Positions 34,076 through 45,877 of a stretch of 64,000 nt of DNA are shown here, in pieces (position 1 is the first letter of the stretch; every line of letters begins with the position of its first letter). A model generated the notes under the pieces. It was not told where the DNA came from. It saw only the letters and a program-made list of their open reading frames with translations, and ran no database searches. The stretch spans positions 1,107,192-1,171,191 of the forward strand of contig NW_027192193.1 of the NCBI RefSeq assembly GCF_041956535.1. Reading direction: 5' to 3'. Source of the stretch: Calcarisporiella thermophila CBS 279.70 (taxonomy: Eukaryota; Fungi; Calcarisporiellomycota). Both the position numbers and the translations under genes were made by a program.

Positions 34076-34683
34076 GTTGGAATTAGATTCTTTTTTTTGG
34101 AACCGACTTAATTTTTGTTGGGAGGGGGGAGTCAGTAAACAAGGGGGGATGGGTATAAGAGGAAGGTTTTTAATAGGGAAACAAAAAGCAGGGGAAGGGA
34201 AACCGGGAACGTCGCCTTCCTTTAAATAACAATGAGTGGAATCAAAAGGAAGCCTTTTTGGGTTCCATTGCACTCCTCTTCAAACTAAGCATCCCTCCCC
34301 TTGTCGACCGTGCAACGAATCTTTATGAACCTGAGTTCGGATCGGAATGCCAAATGCGAGGGGGAGGAAACCAAGGCCTGCTTTTCAAGATTAGAGTTGA
34401 CGGGCACAAGCACACCTTGAACGCTAGATGCCTCATCATGCCGGCGCAGGCAGGGATCCTTGCGCCATCCCGAGTCGCGACGGTGCGCCGGCAAGGCGCA
34501 GGACGGAGGCTGGCGCTTATCGCCCCCCATCACCTAGAGACACCAAGAGTCGCACGAGGTTGAGCGCACCCAGTGACCCGCAACCGCTCCTGAGTATCAA
34601 AAGGCCCTCGAAATAATTCTCCGACCTCTTTAATTTTTTTTCCACACACAACAACTCCTCTCCTTTCCACTCGAAATACCCCT

Positions 34684-34690
34684 TGACTCA
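34684..34690. promoter_or_regulatory. Gcn4/AP-1-type site TGACTCA upstream of amino-acid transporter copy 1
   Basis: Exact consensus about 600 bp upstream of ATG 34075. Confidence 0.35.
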
Positions 34691-35144
34691 TTGTCGTGCG
34701 TTCATAGCGCAGCGCGGAGTGGTACTAGCTCTGCGCAATGAGATCAAAAGGAAGGAGCTAGATACAAAGCCTTGTGATGTGATTTTTAAGCAGCAACCAA
34801 AAGGAGATTATTAATGCAGTATTTAGTAAAAGATCGTAGCCTCTGTCTCCTTTTGTATGTATGGATGTCACGGCTCGTTTTAGGCCCCTGCGAGGCCCTT
34901 TTGCCTCGACTGCACTAAGGGTGCAGGTCGAATTCCCCAAAAATACAACCCTGCTTGCTGGGCAGGGCCTCGCACCCGTGGCTTGCCTTTATTTTTGTTT
35001 GTGTATACTTTTTTCGTTACAAAGCGCTTACTAAGACCCGCCTCAAAGTGTCAACAAATGCAAGCCACCGCTTTCGTCATCGACGAAGCCTCTGGAATAC
35101 GCATTTGCAAGTCACCAAGCGAGAACAAGGTCACGGAAGCCATT

Positions 35145-35464
35145 ATGTCAACAAGGGCCAAGCTAACCTTCGTGGGGGCGACACTTATCACGGGAGGCAT
35201 CGTCTGGAGTGTGCATCACCAGCAGGAGGTGGAGCGTGAGGTGAGTCTACAAGAAGCAAATCATGGTATATATTGTGTTTTTATGTTCTTTACTCAATCA
35301 TTCCGGTTTGCTCGTAGAACATGCACAAAGGCATTCTCCGCGATGAAGAACGGAGGGCTCGCAAGCTACAACAGGAGCAGAATCGACTAGATCTGGCGGT
35401 GCAGAAGGCCCTGCAGGAAAAACTCGAGAAATTGGATCCAGTGGACCACAAATCATCCGATTGA
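35145..35464 (+). CDS. PET117: Cytochrome c oxidase assembly factor Pet117 (intron 35241-35317)
   Basis: MSTRAKLTF..TM..VHHQQEVERE|NMHKGILRDEER. Confidence 0.85.
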
Positions 35465-35619
35465 GCCCCTCGTATAGATATTCCTCTGTACAATACCATT
35501 TTCCACTTCCTCTTTTCCCCTGTTAAATAGAACTCTTTTTTTATTATTGTTATATGGCTTTTGGTGCTATATACAGTCTCTAAAAGAGCAATGGAAGCGA
35601 AAACAAAATAAGTACAAAA

Positions 35620-36991
35620 TTAATGTCCAAATTTATCAAACACCTTCTCTACAAGCTGGGAGTACTCCTCAATCTCCATTCTTGCACTCGACTTGAGCTC
35701 GCTCTGAAGCCAAGACTTTAAATCCGAGCCAGATGAGCATTGCTGAGGGTGTTTTGTGCGAACACTCAGGTAAGCCCGCAGCACTTTTTCGCGCAAATCT
35801 AGCCCAATGCCTTGATCGGTTCCCCCCGCCTTGAAAAGAGTCCCCTCCAATTTTTGGCACCACTCAGAAGGCCACTCATCCTCTCCCCCAGGCACTATCT
35901 CGCCCCAGGGATCTGCCTTCTGGAAGATCAGGCCCTCCGTGGTGTTCTTCTTCTCCGGCGGCTGAGTCACCATATCAGGGTTGCACACGTCGGCTACCAT
36001 GACTACACATTTAGCACGCAACTCGTCGCTCTTCGCGTGAGAGTACACTTGAGCTAGTCGCTGCATTCCTTGTTCATGGAAGAAAATGTCCAGCGCCTTT
36101 CGATTTCCACGCACCAAATTAGAAAGAGCGTAGACGAGATATCGCTGTACATGTTCATCTTCCTCCTTGCTTAAACAGTCGAGCAACTTATGGAGAAGAT
36201 GCAGATCTAGGGCAGTTTGCTGCGCAACCGGGTTGTTCTGGCACGCAACCCCCATGACAAGAGCAGCTTTGCTGCGAAGTTCCGATTTTGGACTTTTCAA
36301 CAACTCCATGAGCACCTTCATGGCTGAATCTTCCGTGAGCCGCACCCCGAAATCCAGTTCATGGCTAAGCTCCTCCAGTCCATCCAGCGCAACAATTAGT
36401 TCGTCGTGGGAAGCGGGAGTCGGAGTATAGAGTGTTCGCAGTGTTTTGATATATTGATCAAATGCTTCGCGATCGCTCTGAGGAATATGCGGGTTGGGTT
36501 TATTTGGATTCAAAGCGGGAGAGAGAATCGGATTCTCGTCATTCTTCACAATCTCGTCGAGCTCTGATGGCTTGTGGAGGATGGCCGGACGGCTATTTTC
36601 GTCTTTGTTTTCTTCTGGTTTGACCAAAACGATACTCGATGTCCCCTCAGAAAAAGGTTCGTTGTCCAATTTTGCATATTTCTTGCCGGTGCCGAAATCA
36701 AGCTTTACATGAAGTCCTATTGATATTCATAAAGTTAAAAACTAGTGGTACTAAAAGAAAACTATAATATTCACCTGCTGGAATTTCCTGTCCTTCCAAC
36801 ACCTCTTTGAAGTCCTCTTCAGGTTTAAAGATACGTGGGTAACATGGTCCTCCTGATTCAGGGCAGATCACATCGTCGCTAGCCTGTGTTGAAGCATCCG
36901 ATGCCGCCACCAAGAGTAGAAAAAGAAAGATTGCGGTATAATAAAGAAGAGATGATCTTAATAAACGTCTTAGCCGGTGCGTTTTTAACAT
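35620..36991 (-). CDS. SIL1: ER Hsp70 (BiP) nucleotide exchange factor Sil1 (one intron)
   Basis: Signal peptide; CYPRIFKP..F..V..GQEIPAGLHVKLDF.TG.K.AKL; ARM repeats with QNNP. Confidence 0.88.
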
Positions 36992-37689
36992 GTTGACCAA
37001 TGCTATATTTCTATTGAAATTCCTGTGGGATCTTATATACACAGAATTTCAAATTACTTCTTCGTGTTCAAATATGATAGGTTTGAGATCTAGAATAGTT
37101 ATCTGACACAGTCTAACCTAACCTATCACATCTAACCTAATATATCTAAACCTGGATTGGAAAGATCAAGGACACACTTCTGAAGAATATTCAAAAAAAG
37201 TCTTTACATATTCTTTGCAATATAATAAATCTTAAATAAATTCACTATACTTTGTTTGGAATATATTCCTAGCATGATATGTGATATTGGACGTCTTTCA
37301 AATAGAGTTGATACTTAGTCGAACAGCCCAATCCTTTGTTGAGCAGTTAATATAACTTATAGAAAATGCTCTCTAATACATTGCAAGTTTTATTCTGAAT
37401 ATTTCGTGTAAAATTTTGACAAGAGTGTTCTGCCGTGAACGGTTGTAACGCATTCACCAACAATAGGCAATCTATACCTTACACACACATAAATATGGTA
37501 AGTATACATGTATCGAGGTTTGTTCTATTCAGTCAACTCAAAATCGAATATTGTTATGGAACTATTTTTCTTAGTGCATAATAAGACAGGTTTATTTTTG
37601 AAATAAGCATGGTAAACGTACAGAGTGGTCAAGGTGTCTAGATTACAAGAATACAATGCATAGCTGATATACATGATGCCAAAAAATTT

Positions 37690-39222
37690 TTAATGCGCGC
37701 CACTAGTCGTTGGCGTTCCTCCATTGACGGCCACAATCAACCCTTTCACTGCATCCACACTCCCAATCACGGCGCCAGCCAGTCCGATGAGCAATGCCAA
37801 CGCACACCACACCAACTCATACCACCGGATGTTCCTCCAACCATAGAGCTTCACGTAGAATAGAATCGGGAAGATAAAGACCACTGCACCCTGCCCGGCA
37901 GCGCCCAGCAATGACATAACATTATCGAAATACGGGACAACAGCCGCAATGACCGCACAAACCACAATGGTCACGGTGCGAACGGCTGCGCGTAGAAGGA
38001 ATTCCAATTTCGCGGTACGGTGAACGCGGTCGATTTTGAAGATACGCTCAATCTCAAGGGCGAAGGAGGTAAGATACAATGGGGTGGCTAGCAAAACATG
38101 CATCGTGATGAATATAACGGCAACCGTGCGAGGAGCTTGTTCAGGGAGGTTATTGTAAACAGGCGAACGAGTCGTCTGGCCATACACGTAGTAGGAAGGA
38201 ATGCCGACCAAGAGATAAAGAATGGTAACGGTCACCAAACTAATATTGAAGGTAGCTGCCCAATGGGAGGGTTTCCTCATGGTTCCTTCGATATGGGGAT
38301 AGACAACGTTGCCACCATAACCGAAGGCAAAGGTTGCCAGGGCAATGGGAAGATTCGAAGGAACAATACGCTCGTGCGAAATATTGGCCGGAGGATCCGT
38401 GATTTGGGTCTGAATGGCAACCACAACGACGATAACGATGGTGACAGTAGTGGTCAATACTCCAAAAATACTACCACCACCCAAAAAATAATAAATTACT
38501 AATGAAAGATTGACAGAAAAGCCAAACTACTTACCTTAATACAGCCACCTCCTTCATGGTCTTTGTGAGAATAAAAGGCACAGCCATGACGGCGGCCAGA
38601 ATGAAAGTCCACGCCTTTTCACTTAAGCCGACTCCGACATGGGAAAGTAGCTGAGCGAAATTACCACCCGCCAAAATCAGATATAGTGTGGGTGTTCCAA
38701 TCAAAATGATGAAGTAGAAAAATGTGACGAGATATTTGCCAATTTTGCCAAACGCATGCTCTCCAACCTCCATATAGCTCCCTAATCTGAACTCGGCGCC
38801 CTTGTAATAGAGGCACCTGATTAATGCTACACCAGAGTAAGCTGCCATAGCATGCGCAAGTATTAACAATGCAAATCCGGCCCATCCACTTTGCTCGACT
38901 GCATGCGGTACACCAAGAGCGCCACTTCCCGCTACCGCACAAACTATGTTGACATAAGCAGTCCAAGTGGAGGCATCCCGGACAGTTTCTTCACCGGTCC
39001 TCGGCAATTTTCGACCATGCTCAGCATCACCATCGTCACTTATGATGGACGAGCGCTTCTTCTGATCGAGATTCTCGATGAAATCCTGGCTTGCATGCTT
39101 TTCTAGGGCTAAATGAGGATATTGTTTATGTTAATGCCTGCTCAGACCAAAGGTAAAAAGCAAATCCATCTTTATTTACATGCAGGTTCAAGTTCCGTTC
39201 TAAGAGAATTCAGTTCAGACAT
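37690..39222 (-). CDS. Amino-acid transporter, Aa_trans/AVT1-like (copy 2; 3 exons)
   Basis: Paralog of 32547-34075 with the same intron positions and very similar protein. Confidence 0.9.
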
Positions 39223-40899
39223 ACCAAATATGGAAACGACGTTGCAAACAACAATAGGGAAGAAGAGGAAGGAGGAAGCGTGGGTATCTTGTTATTGAAT
39301 ACAAACTAAAGATTAGAAATCAGAGGAAAGCAAGGCCGAAACCTTTCCTTTAAATAAACAAACCCTTAGCCCTCTTGCCCAACAGAAGACGTCATAGGCC
39401 TCACTGGTGTTGGTTCCTGAGTTAAGATCGGAACATGAAATACAAAAGGAATCAAAGTAAGATTTCGGGAACAGGTGCACACAAACCCTCTCCCAAGACA
39501 TCCATATAGGTGCGAGGCCGTCTGTCCCTTGTTTCAAGCTACTCATCCTCACTTGACGAGTTCAAGATTCCTAGTGAGAACGTGAGAAAAAAATATATAT
39601 ATATCTATAGCTATCTGCTGGCGAGTTTGTCTATCTCCATTAGATTTCATTGGTGTTTGATTGAAATTTGACATTATTTGCCCCGCAAGTGTTGTATCTA
39701 ATAACGCTGCCTCTACTCCTCCTCACTGAATCTTAGAGGAACCTAGGGCTAACTTTATCACTAGTGCCCCACATGAGATCGCAATAGGCTGTATAGTTTG
39801 GCAGAACCGACAATAAGAAATTAGGCTTTAGATATTGAGGGAAACTTGATTGTATCTGTATCTGTGCTGATGCGGGATTTCATCAAGTCGTCGCTGCTTG
39901 TCTATTGAGGAAGAGAATGGGTGAAAAGAACAAGTGAAATGAGCATTATGGAGGCATTTGACCAACCTGGGTAATAATGGTATAAGCATTTTATTTTTTT
40001 TTTTGTTGGGGTAGGAGGATGAATTTGGTCCCATCACAGTAGCTGAAATTATTTCTATACCACAATTTCCTCTAAGTCGCTAATATTTGACCTCAGCTCT
40101 ATTACAACTAATGAAATCTGCACATTAATTAGTACACGTATGTATGGTGAGCAGAAGACCAGGATCATTTGAGGCAGAATATACTAAAACAGGCAACTTC
40201 AATAACTGCGTAATTTTTGAACGTTTTTCCGGACTTTTCGATTTTACTCGAATAACTTCGAAGCTACAGAGTGTCATCAAACGAGGAAAAAAAATGAACA
40301 TATACGTACAGTATACAAAAAACAGCTATTAAGATATTTTGGTATTCAAAGTAGGATAATTGGAGTATAATTCTTGTCATCAATATTTTTTATCGTTGCA
40401 ATATTCACTATAATCGATTCTTCGAACTATTTCTACAGAAAAAAAAGCGCCTCGCTGAGGTAGTGCTATATCAGGATGCTCTGATCCAAGTAAAGCAGAA
40501 ACTACGACTTATTTTTATCAAATGGTAGTTTTACTTTGCATATTGTTTACGGTAGGTTCGAATAGTGGTGCAATAAGTTTGCAATCTATCCCACCAGCGA
40601 AGTGGATATAGGGCTTTTTTTAAGTACTCTTGTATTACCAATGTCTGGTATCAGCTCTTGCATTGCAGTTTTTAGCGGATAGGTATATTTTATTTATACA
40701 GCTAGGGGATACTATCTGTAATAAAGAATTATTTTTGTTTAACTGAGAATTCGAAAAGATTGTCACTCATTCGCTCCAATACTAAAATATCTCCACATAT
40801 ATCCCAAGTGACGCCACATATCCCAATATTATTTACGAGTTCTCCAAAATAATATTTTCGGCAAAGATCGCGGATCTATACACGAAAAGTGGGAGCAAA

Positions 40900-42090
40900 A
40901 TGAGATTAACCGCGGATCTTATCCAGAGATCGCCCAATTACATCAATGCAGTAAAAGATAGAGAGTTGGACTTACGAGGTATCCTTTAATGAATGGTAAT
41001 TTGGATAGTGGTTTTTTTTCTGAAAGCTGAACATTAGATGAGTAGCCTTGCGATGGTTAGGCTATTGATCTGTGATGCAGCTTTTACTTTCAATATTGGA
41101 ATCTGGCAAGTGATCTCTTGAGACACTGCCAGACTTTCAGATGATTTATCATTTTTTTGAAACACCTTAATTCGTTATCCTTGCTACATTACTTTTCTTG
41201 ATTATAGGCAATAAAATCCCCACGATCGAGAATTTGGGTGTTACAAAGGTAAGGCCTTCTGTTCAAGAAACAACTGCCGAAACAAAGGCTTGATGTATAA
41301 TATTTAATCATCAGGATCTCAACGACACCATTGATTTCACCGATAATGATATTCGTCATCTAACTAATTTCCCGCTCCTTCGGCGATTGCGCTGTCTTCT
41401 TCTCTCAAACAACCGCATTTCTCGTTTAGATTCATCAGTTGCACAATTCCTCCCCAATCTCGAAGCGCTCATTCTCACCAATAATACCATCCAGGAACTA
41501 GGAGATTTGGAACCACTTGGAGCATTTAAAAAACTTCAATATGTAAGCTTACTTGATAACCCAGTGACTCGCAAGAAGCATTACCGACACTTTGTGATCT
41601 GGAAATGTCCAAACTTGAGAGTATTGGATTTTCAGCGGGTGCGGGACGCAGTAAGTTGGATATTATGATTCCCATTTCACCCGCCATTTTAGCTCATATC
41701 TCATGTTTAACCAGGAGAGGAAAGAGGCAAGAAAACTATTTCAAGCGAAAGAGGGGATCACATCGCTGGCCCAATCTATCATTGATACAAAAACGAAGAC
41801 CTTTGAGCCCGGAGCTGGATTGGAGGAGATGAAATCCAGTGTGCCCAAATTAGTTGCTAACCCCGAAGAACAAGAAAAAATCAGGGTATTTTCATATTTG
41901 TTTATGTACTGAGCACTTCAAAACGAGATCCAATATTTATATTTATATCTTTCTTTAGGAGGCAATTAAGAATGCAAAATCACTGGATGAGGTTGCTCGA
42001 CTCGAAAACTTACTCAGAACCGGACGACTTCCCGGGGATGGCCCGGCCGCTCAAGGAAACGCAGATATGGAGGTTGAGGAGGATGAGTGA
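40900..42090 (+). CDS. LEA1: U2 snRNP protein A' (LRR protein); 5 exons
   Basis: MRLTADLI...KDRELDLRG|NKIPTIENLG, IDFTDNDI, LLLSNNRI, LLDNPV...YR..VI and LRVLDFQRV; C-terminal AIKNAKSLDEVARLE. Confidence 0.95.
40979..41207 (+). other. Long, structured first intron of U2A' with U12-type donor
   Basis: Donor GTATCCTTT; CCTTAAT at 41165-41171; nested inverted repeats found by eye. Confidence 0.6.
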
Positions 42091-42390
42091 GGGGGAAAGA
42101 TGGACTTTCTTTTTCGTTTTTCTTTGATCCATTTAAGATATGAGTGGATTTGAACGCAACATTTTTAATATTATAATCAATATATTTTCATAATCAAAAC
42201 GCTTAAGCTATTATTTCGTAAGAGATTGACAGTTGAATGAAACAAAATCAAGTTATCAAAAATCACTCTCAACAAGCCTTGTACTAATCAGGAGTCGATT
42301 TTATTTTGGATTTAAGTTGCTCATGCCATCGATGACACAAATAACTATGGGGTGATGTAGAAGAGGCTATTTTCGGAGGATGGCATCCCA

Positions 42391-42403
42391 CTATGAGTCA
42401 TAG
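42391..42403. promoter_or_regulatory. Extended palindromic bZIP site CTATGAGTCATAG
   Basis: Contains the optimal Gcn4-type ATGAGTCAT; intergenic. Confidence 0.35.
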
Positions 42404-43170
42404 ACAAAGAGATGTGCGCGAAAATCAGCTCTAAATTGATAGCATTTTGCGTATATGAGATAATGTATCCCATGTTTATTTCTTCTTGAATACCAAAGAA
42501 AAAATCCACTACTCAACCCCCAGTGTCCGTTCCTTTTCAGAAATATGTTACCAATTTTAAGCATATATCCATAACGGCGTGTTTAGGCCATTTCATTAAA
42601 GCTTATCTCTATGTTTCTATCTCTCATTTCTTCAATTTCAGCCACGATTCGTGTGGCGCAACGTTAGGAGCTCTATTTTGATCTGGTCCAGATGGGGCCA
42701 AGTTTCATTCTCACTTGGATAAATTCTAATTGATTTAGAATGGATTTAATTTCTTCAGGAAATTAGTATACACTCGGATTAAGCAATGTATAAAAAAGTA
42801 AGAAATCCAACACGCCAGTTCGTTAGAGGAGAGGCGAAGAATTTGTCGAGTCTTCCATAGCCTACTGGATTTCAACTTAGCCTCTGCCTGATGCACCAAA
42901 GAAAGAACCCTCGTCTGTTCCCTGGAGGGGGCCGACGCAGCTCGCAGCGCCCTTGCACGGTATTTTTGATTTAAATTGCAAGGCATGGCTGACCATTGGA
43001 GGATTTCTAAGAAGGGTTGCAGCAAATTTGCACAGTATGGGCATATTGAAATGAGGGTATACTTCACACACATGAGTTTATGGAAAACAGGTTTGAGGAG
43101 GAGGAAGAGCGCGTACTCTATGATTTTAGTTGTAGTGCTACTGGCGTAGAAAAGTTTTCATTCATCTGAA

Positions 43171-45074
43171 ATGCCGCATCAAAACAAAAATCAAAGCAGC
43201 GATGCCCCACAGCCCTCTGCACTAGAGCATTGCCAAGGAACTCAGATCGGATTTTATTCTTACCTACCTAGCGTAAAATCTCCCCCAAAGCGCGTGGAAG
43301 AAGTCTCCTACTTTGTTCATTACGTGGCGAGAGATTACAAACTCAGAGTCCGGATTCCTCGGGGCCTTACGGTGGGGGCGGCCAAAGAAAGATGCTTGCG
43401 TGCTCTTCGAGTAACCGCACAGCAGACTGCTGGTATAACGGGCGCGTTATTGTTACTGAACGCACACAACCCAACCTTCACACTGCCCAACCCTATTTCG
43501 GCAAGGGCACAGACTCCTCCGCCTGCTCACACGCTTGTCAGACTGGGAAGTAAAGTGTATAAGCGCGCGGGAAGTTTGCGGCGCGGGGAGCGGGGTCGAG
43601 CAAGACACGAGGATATTTTTGCACCCGAGAATACAAGAGAGGTGGAGGAGGAATGTGAGTTTTGTCACGAAGCAAAAGAAATGTGTGAGAGCTTAGGTTG
43701 CTGGTCAAAGGAGTGGGGGCTGTTTTGGGTGGACGCAGTAAGTGTTGTTTTTTCTCCCCTGTCTTCTTGCCAATGTTGAAGGCCGTGTTCTTTGTAATAG
43801 GGCCATTGGTTAGACGATTCGAGGGGATTCGACTCATACCATATTCAATCCAAGGAAACGCTTCAGCTCCAACATAGAAGGAATTATGTTCAGCTCTATA
43901 CGCCTTATGACCTTGTTCAGCGGCCGGTGCGGATGCATTTTGCTCATGGGACGGTTTTCCAACACGTATCCAAGGGCATCTATTACCGGTGGATGGTTGT
44001 TTCCGGGTGGATGGCTACTTGGTCACGAAGTAAAATGGTAAGGAGCCGGGAAATTTACGCTTGCATTCATTTCGACATTAAGCAAACTTATTTTGCCCTT
44101 AGGATTCCGAGCACTATAACACTCTCGACCTAACCAACCCATTCATCATCACCAATAACAATGAACACCACTTAGAGCGCTCCACCACTCTCCACCCGAA
44201 ATATGACCACCTCACATGGACCATCAGAACACTCACGCCAGTTGAGATGTCCTTCACTTTTCGTGCGCTTGACTCGGATGATTATGGCCACTGGACCCGG
44301 ATTTTCCTCTCCATCCAGCGAGAATTGCATCCTCAACTTGTCCCATCTTCAGAAACAATAGATGATCGCCAAGCAATGAGCAACAAAATTAATAACAAAA
44401 AATCACAAGAAAGTAGCAAGAGGGGGAAAAGCAAAACGACCATGCCCATTTCATTAAGTTCCCTTGCGGAATCGCTACCCACAGAAGAGCTCAGCTTTGT
44501 TAGGCACGTGGATTCTCCACAGCATCGAGCTACTGTTGGCAAAAATAACCTTGCCAACAAGAGTGTTAGTTCGCTTGACATTCTCAGGAAGAGTACGCAA
44601 AAGTCAATTTGTGTTGATTGATTCATAAAGACACCACGAGGATCATGGGTTAACCCTTATCTTTTGATTTTGAAAATAGAAAAACTGGAGGAGGGGAAAG
44701 TTGAGCAATCTCATCACTCATATCGTCGTCCCCATCCCACCAAGCGTCATTTCACCATAAGCCACCTTCACTTGTCCCCTATCGCGCCAGATGTGCGCCC
44801 GCCACGACGTCCATCTCTACCATCTCATACACATAGCAAGCCGATATCTCCGGTGCTCGAATGTGCGCCCCCAATGCCTCTGTTTCCCTACCGCCTGCCC
44901 CCCAAAAATTTATGGAATTCGGAGAAGTTAGAGGCCGAGGAAGATGGGAGTGATGAACTTTCGTTCTGGGGAGAGAGCACTGAAAGTGAAGCGAGCTCTT
45001 TCGACATAGCGAGGGATGAAGGTATACCAGTCTTGACGCTGGATGGCTCGGGCGTTCGCGCAGGAAATTTCTAA
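43171..45074 (+). CDS. Hypothetical protein: ubiquitin-like (talin F0-like) domain, PH-like domain and disordered tail
   Basis: Spliced EWGLFWVDA|GHWLDDSRGFDSYHIQSKETLQL; FTFRALDSDDYGHWTRIF resembles the PH C-terminal helix. Confidence 0.55.
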
Positions 45075-45877
45075 CAATTTACCGTAGGGGCAAATTGAAA
45101 TCCTGTCATGTTTAGTCTATTTAACCTGCCGTTTTGCGTGACAAATAAAACTGCAATTCCCTTTGTAGATATTTTTGCCAATATGAATTACCACTACGAA
45201 TATTGGATTAATGAATGACCGACGTCTATTTTTAATTTATTGAAAAAAAAAAAAACAAAAACGGCAATAGGGCTGTAGAAATATTCAAGAGAGAAGTATT
45301 TATTTAATAGCTGATTGCTATCTATTTTTCAATAAACAAAAAGTTATGGCTGGCCACAAAATATTCAGGTGCCTGATACGTTCACACTCGGAGTTTTCTC
45401 ATCTGCTAACATGCATTCGTATTTATTCAAATAGCTTATTGAGAGCTCTTCTTATATCCATAAACTCGAAACAAAGCCAGGTGGATATGGTATATAGTGA
45501 GGTGGAGCTTTGTATTGGCTCATGTAGTCGACACTGCTGAATCTTTGGCACGGAAAATAAGAGATTCTTTGATTTTGCCGGAATCTCCGGCACTGATCGG
45601 TCGGTGAAAGGGGCTATCCAAAAGGGGCAGAATTAAGGTTACAATTGATCAGAAATTTACCGGTTGCGCATTGAGAGGGGGTTTTCCTCTTCGGGCAACG
45701 CTGGCCAGAGCTTACATTTCTCCCCTTCGACGCGTTATTATTTCCCCTTCTCTTATTCTCCTCTGTTCTCGCCGCTTTCTTGCAATCTGTTTTATTTTTC
45801 TGTGTTTTCGTCCGCGGAGGGCTTTCATTCCTTTTCCCATCATTGCTCTTCGATTCGTTGCCCATTCCTTCTGAAGT

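Noticed and set aside
37110-37155. CTAACCTAACCT telomere-like repeats
   Set aside because: Only two or three degenerate units; not distinguishable from low-complexity DNA
40550-40575. GGTTCGAAT as a tRNA T-loop
   Set aside because: No T-stem or cloverleaf; no tRNA or rRNA genes could be supported anywhere in the window
41019-41160. Identity of the U2A' intronic structure as U4atac, U11, U5, a SECIS or a TPP riboswitch
   Set aside because: No UGCUAA stem-I segment, and the GA/GA pairs are out of register for a K-turn; no U11 5' end; GCTTTTAC is not the U5 GCCTTTTAC loop within a stem; the element is intronic with no in-frame TGA; no TPP core motifs
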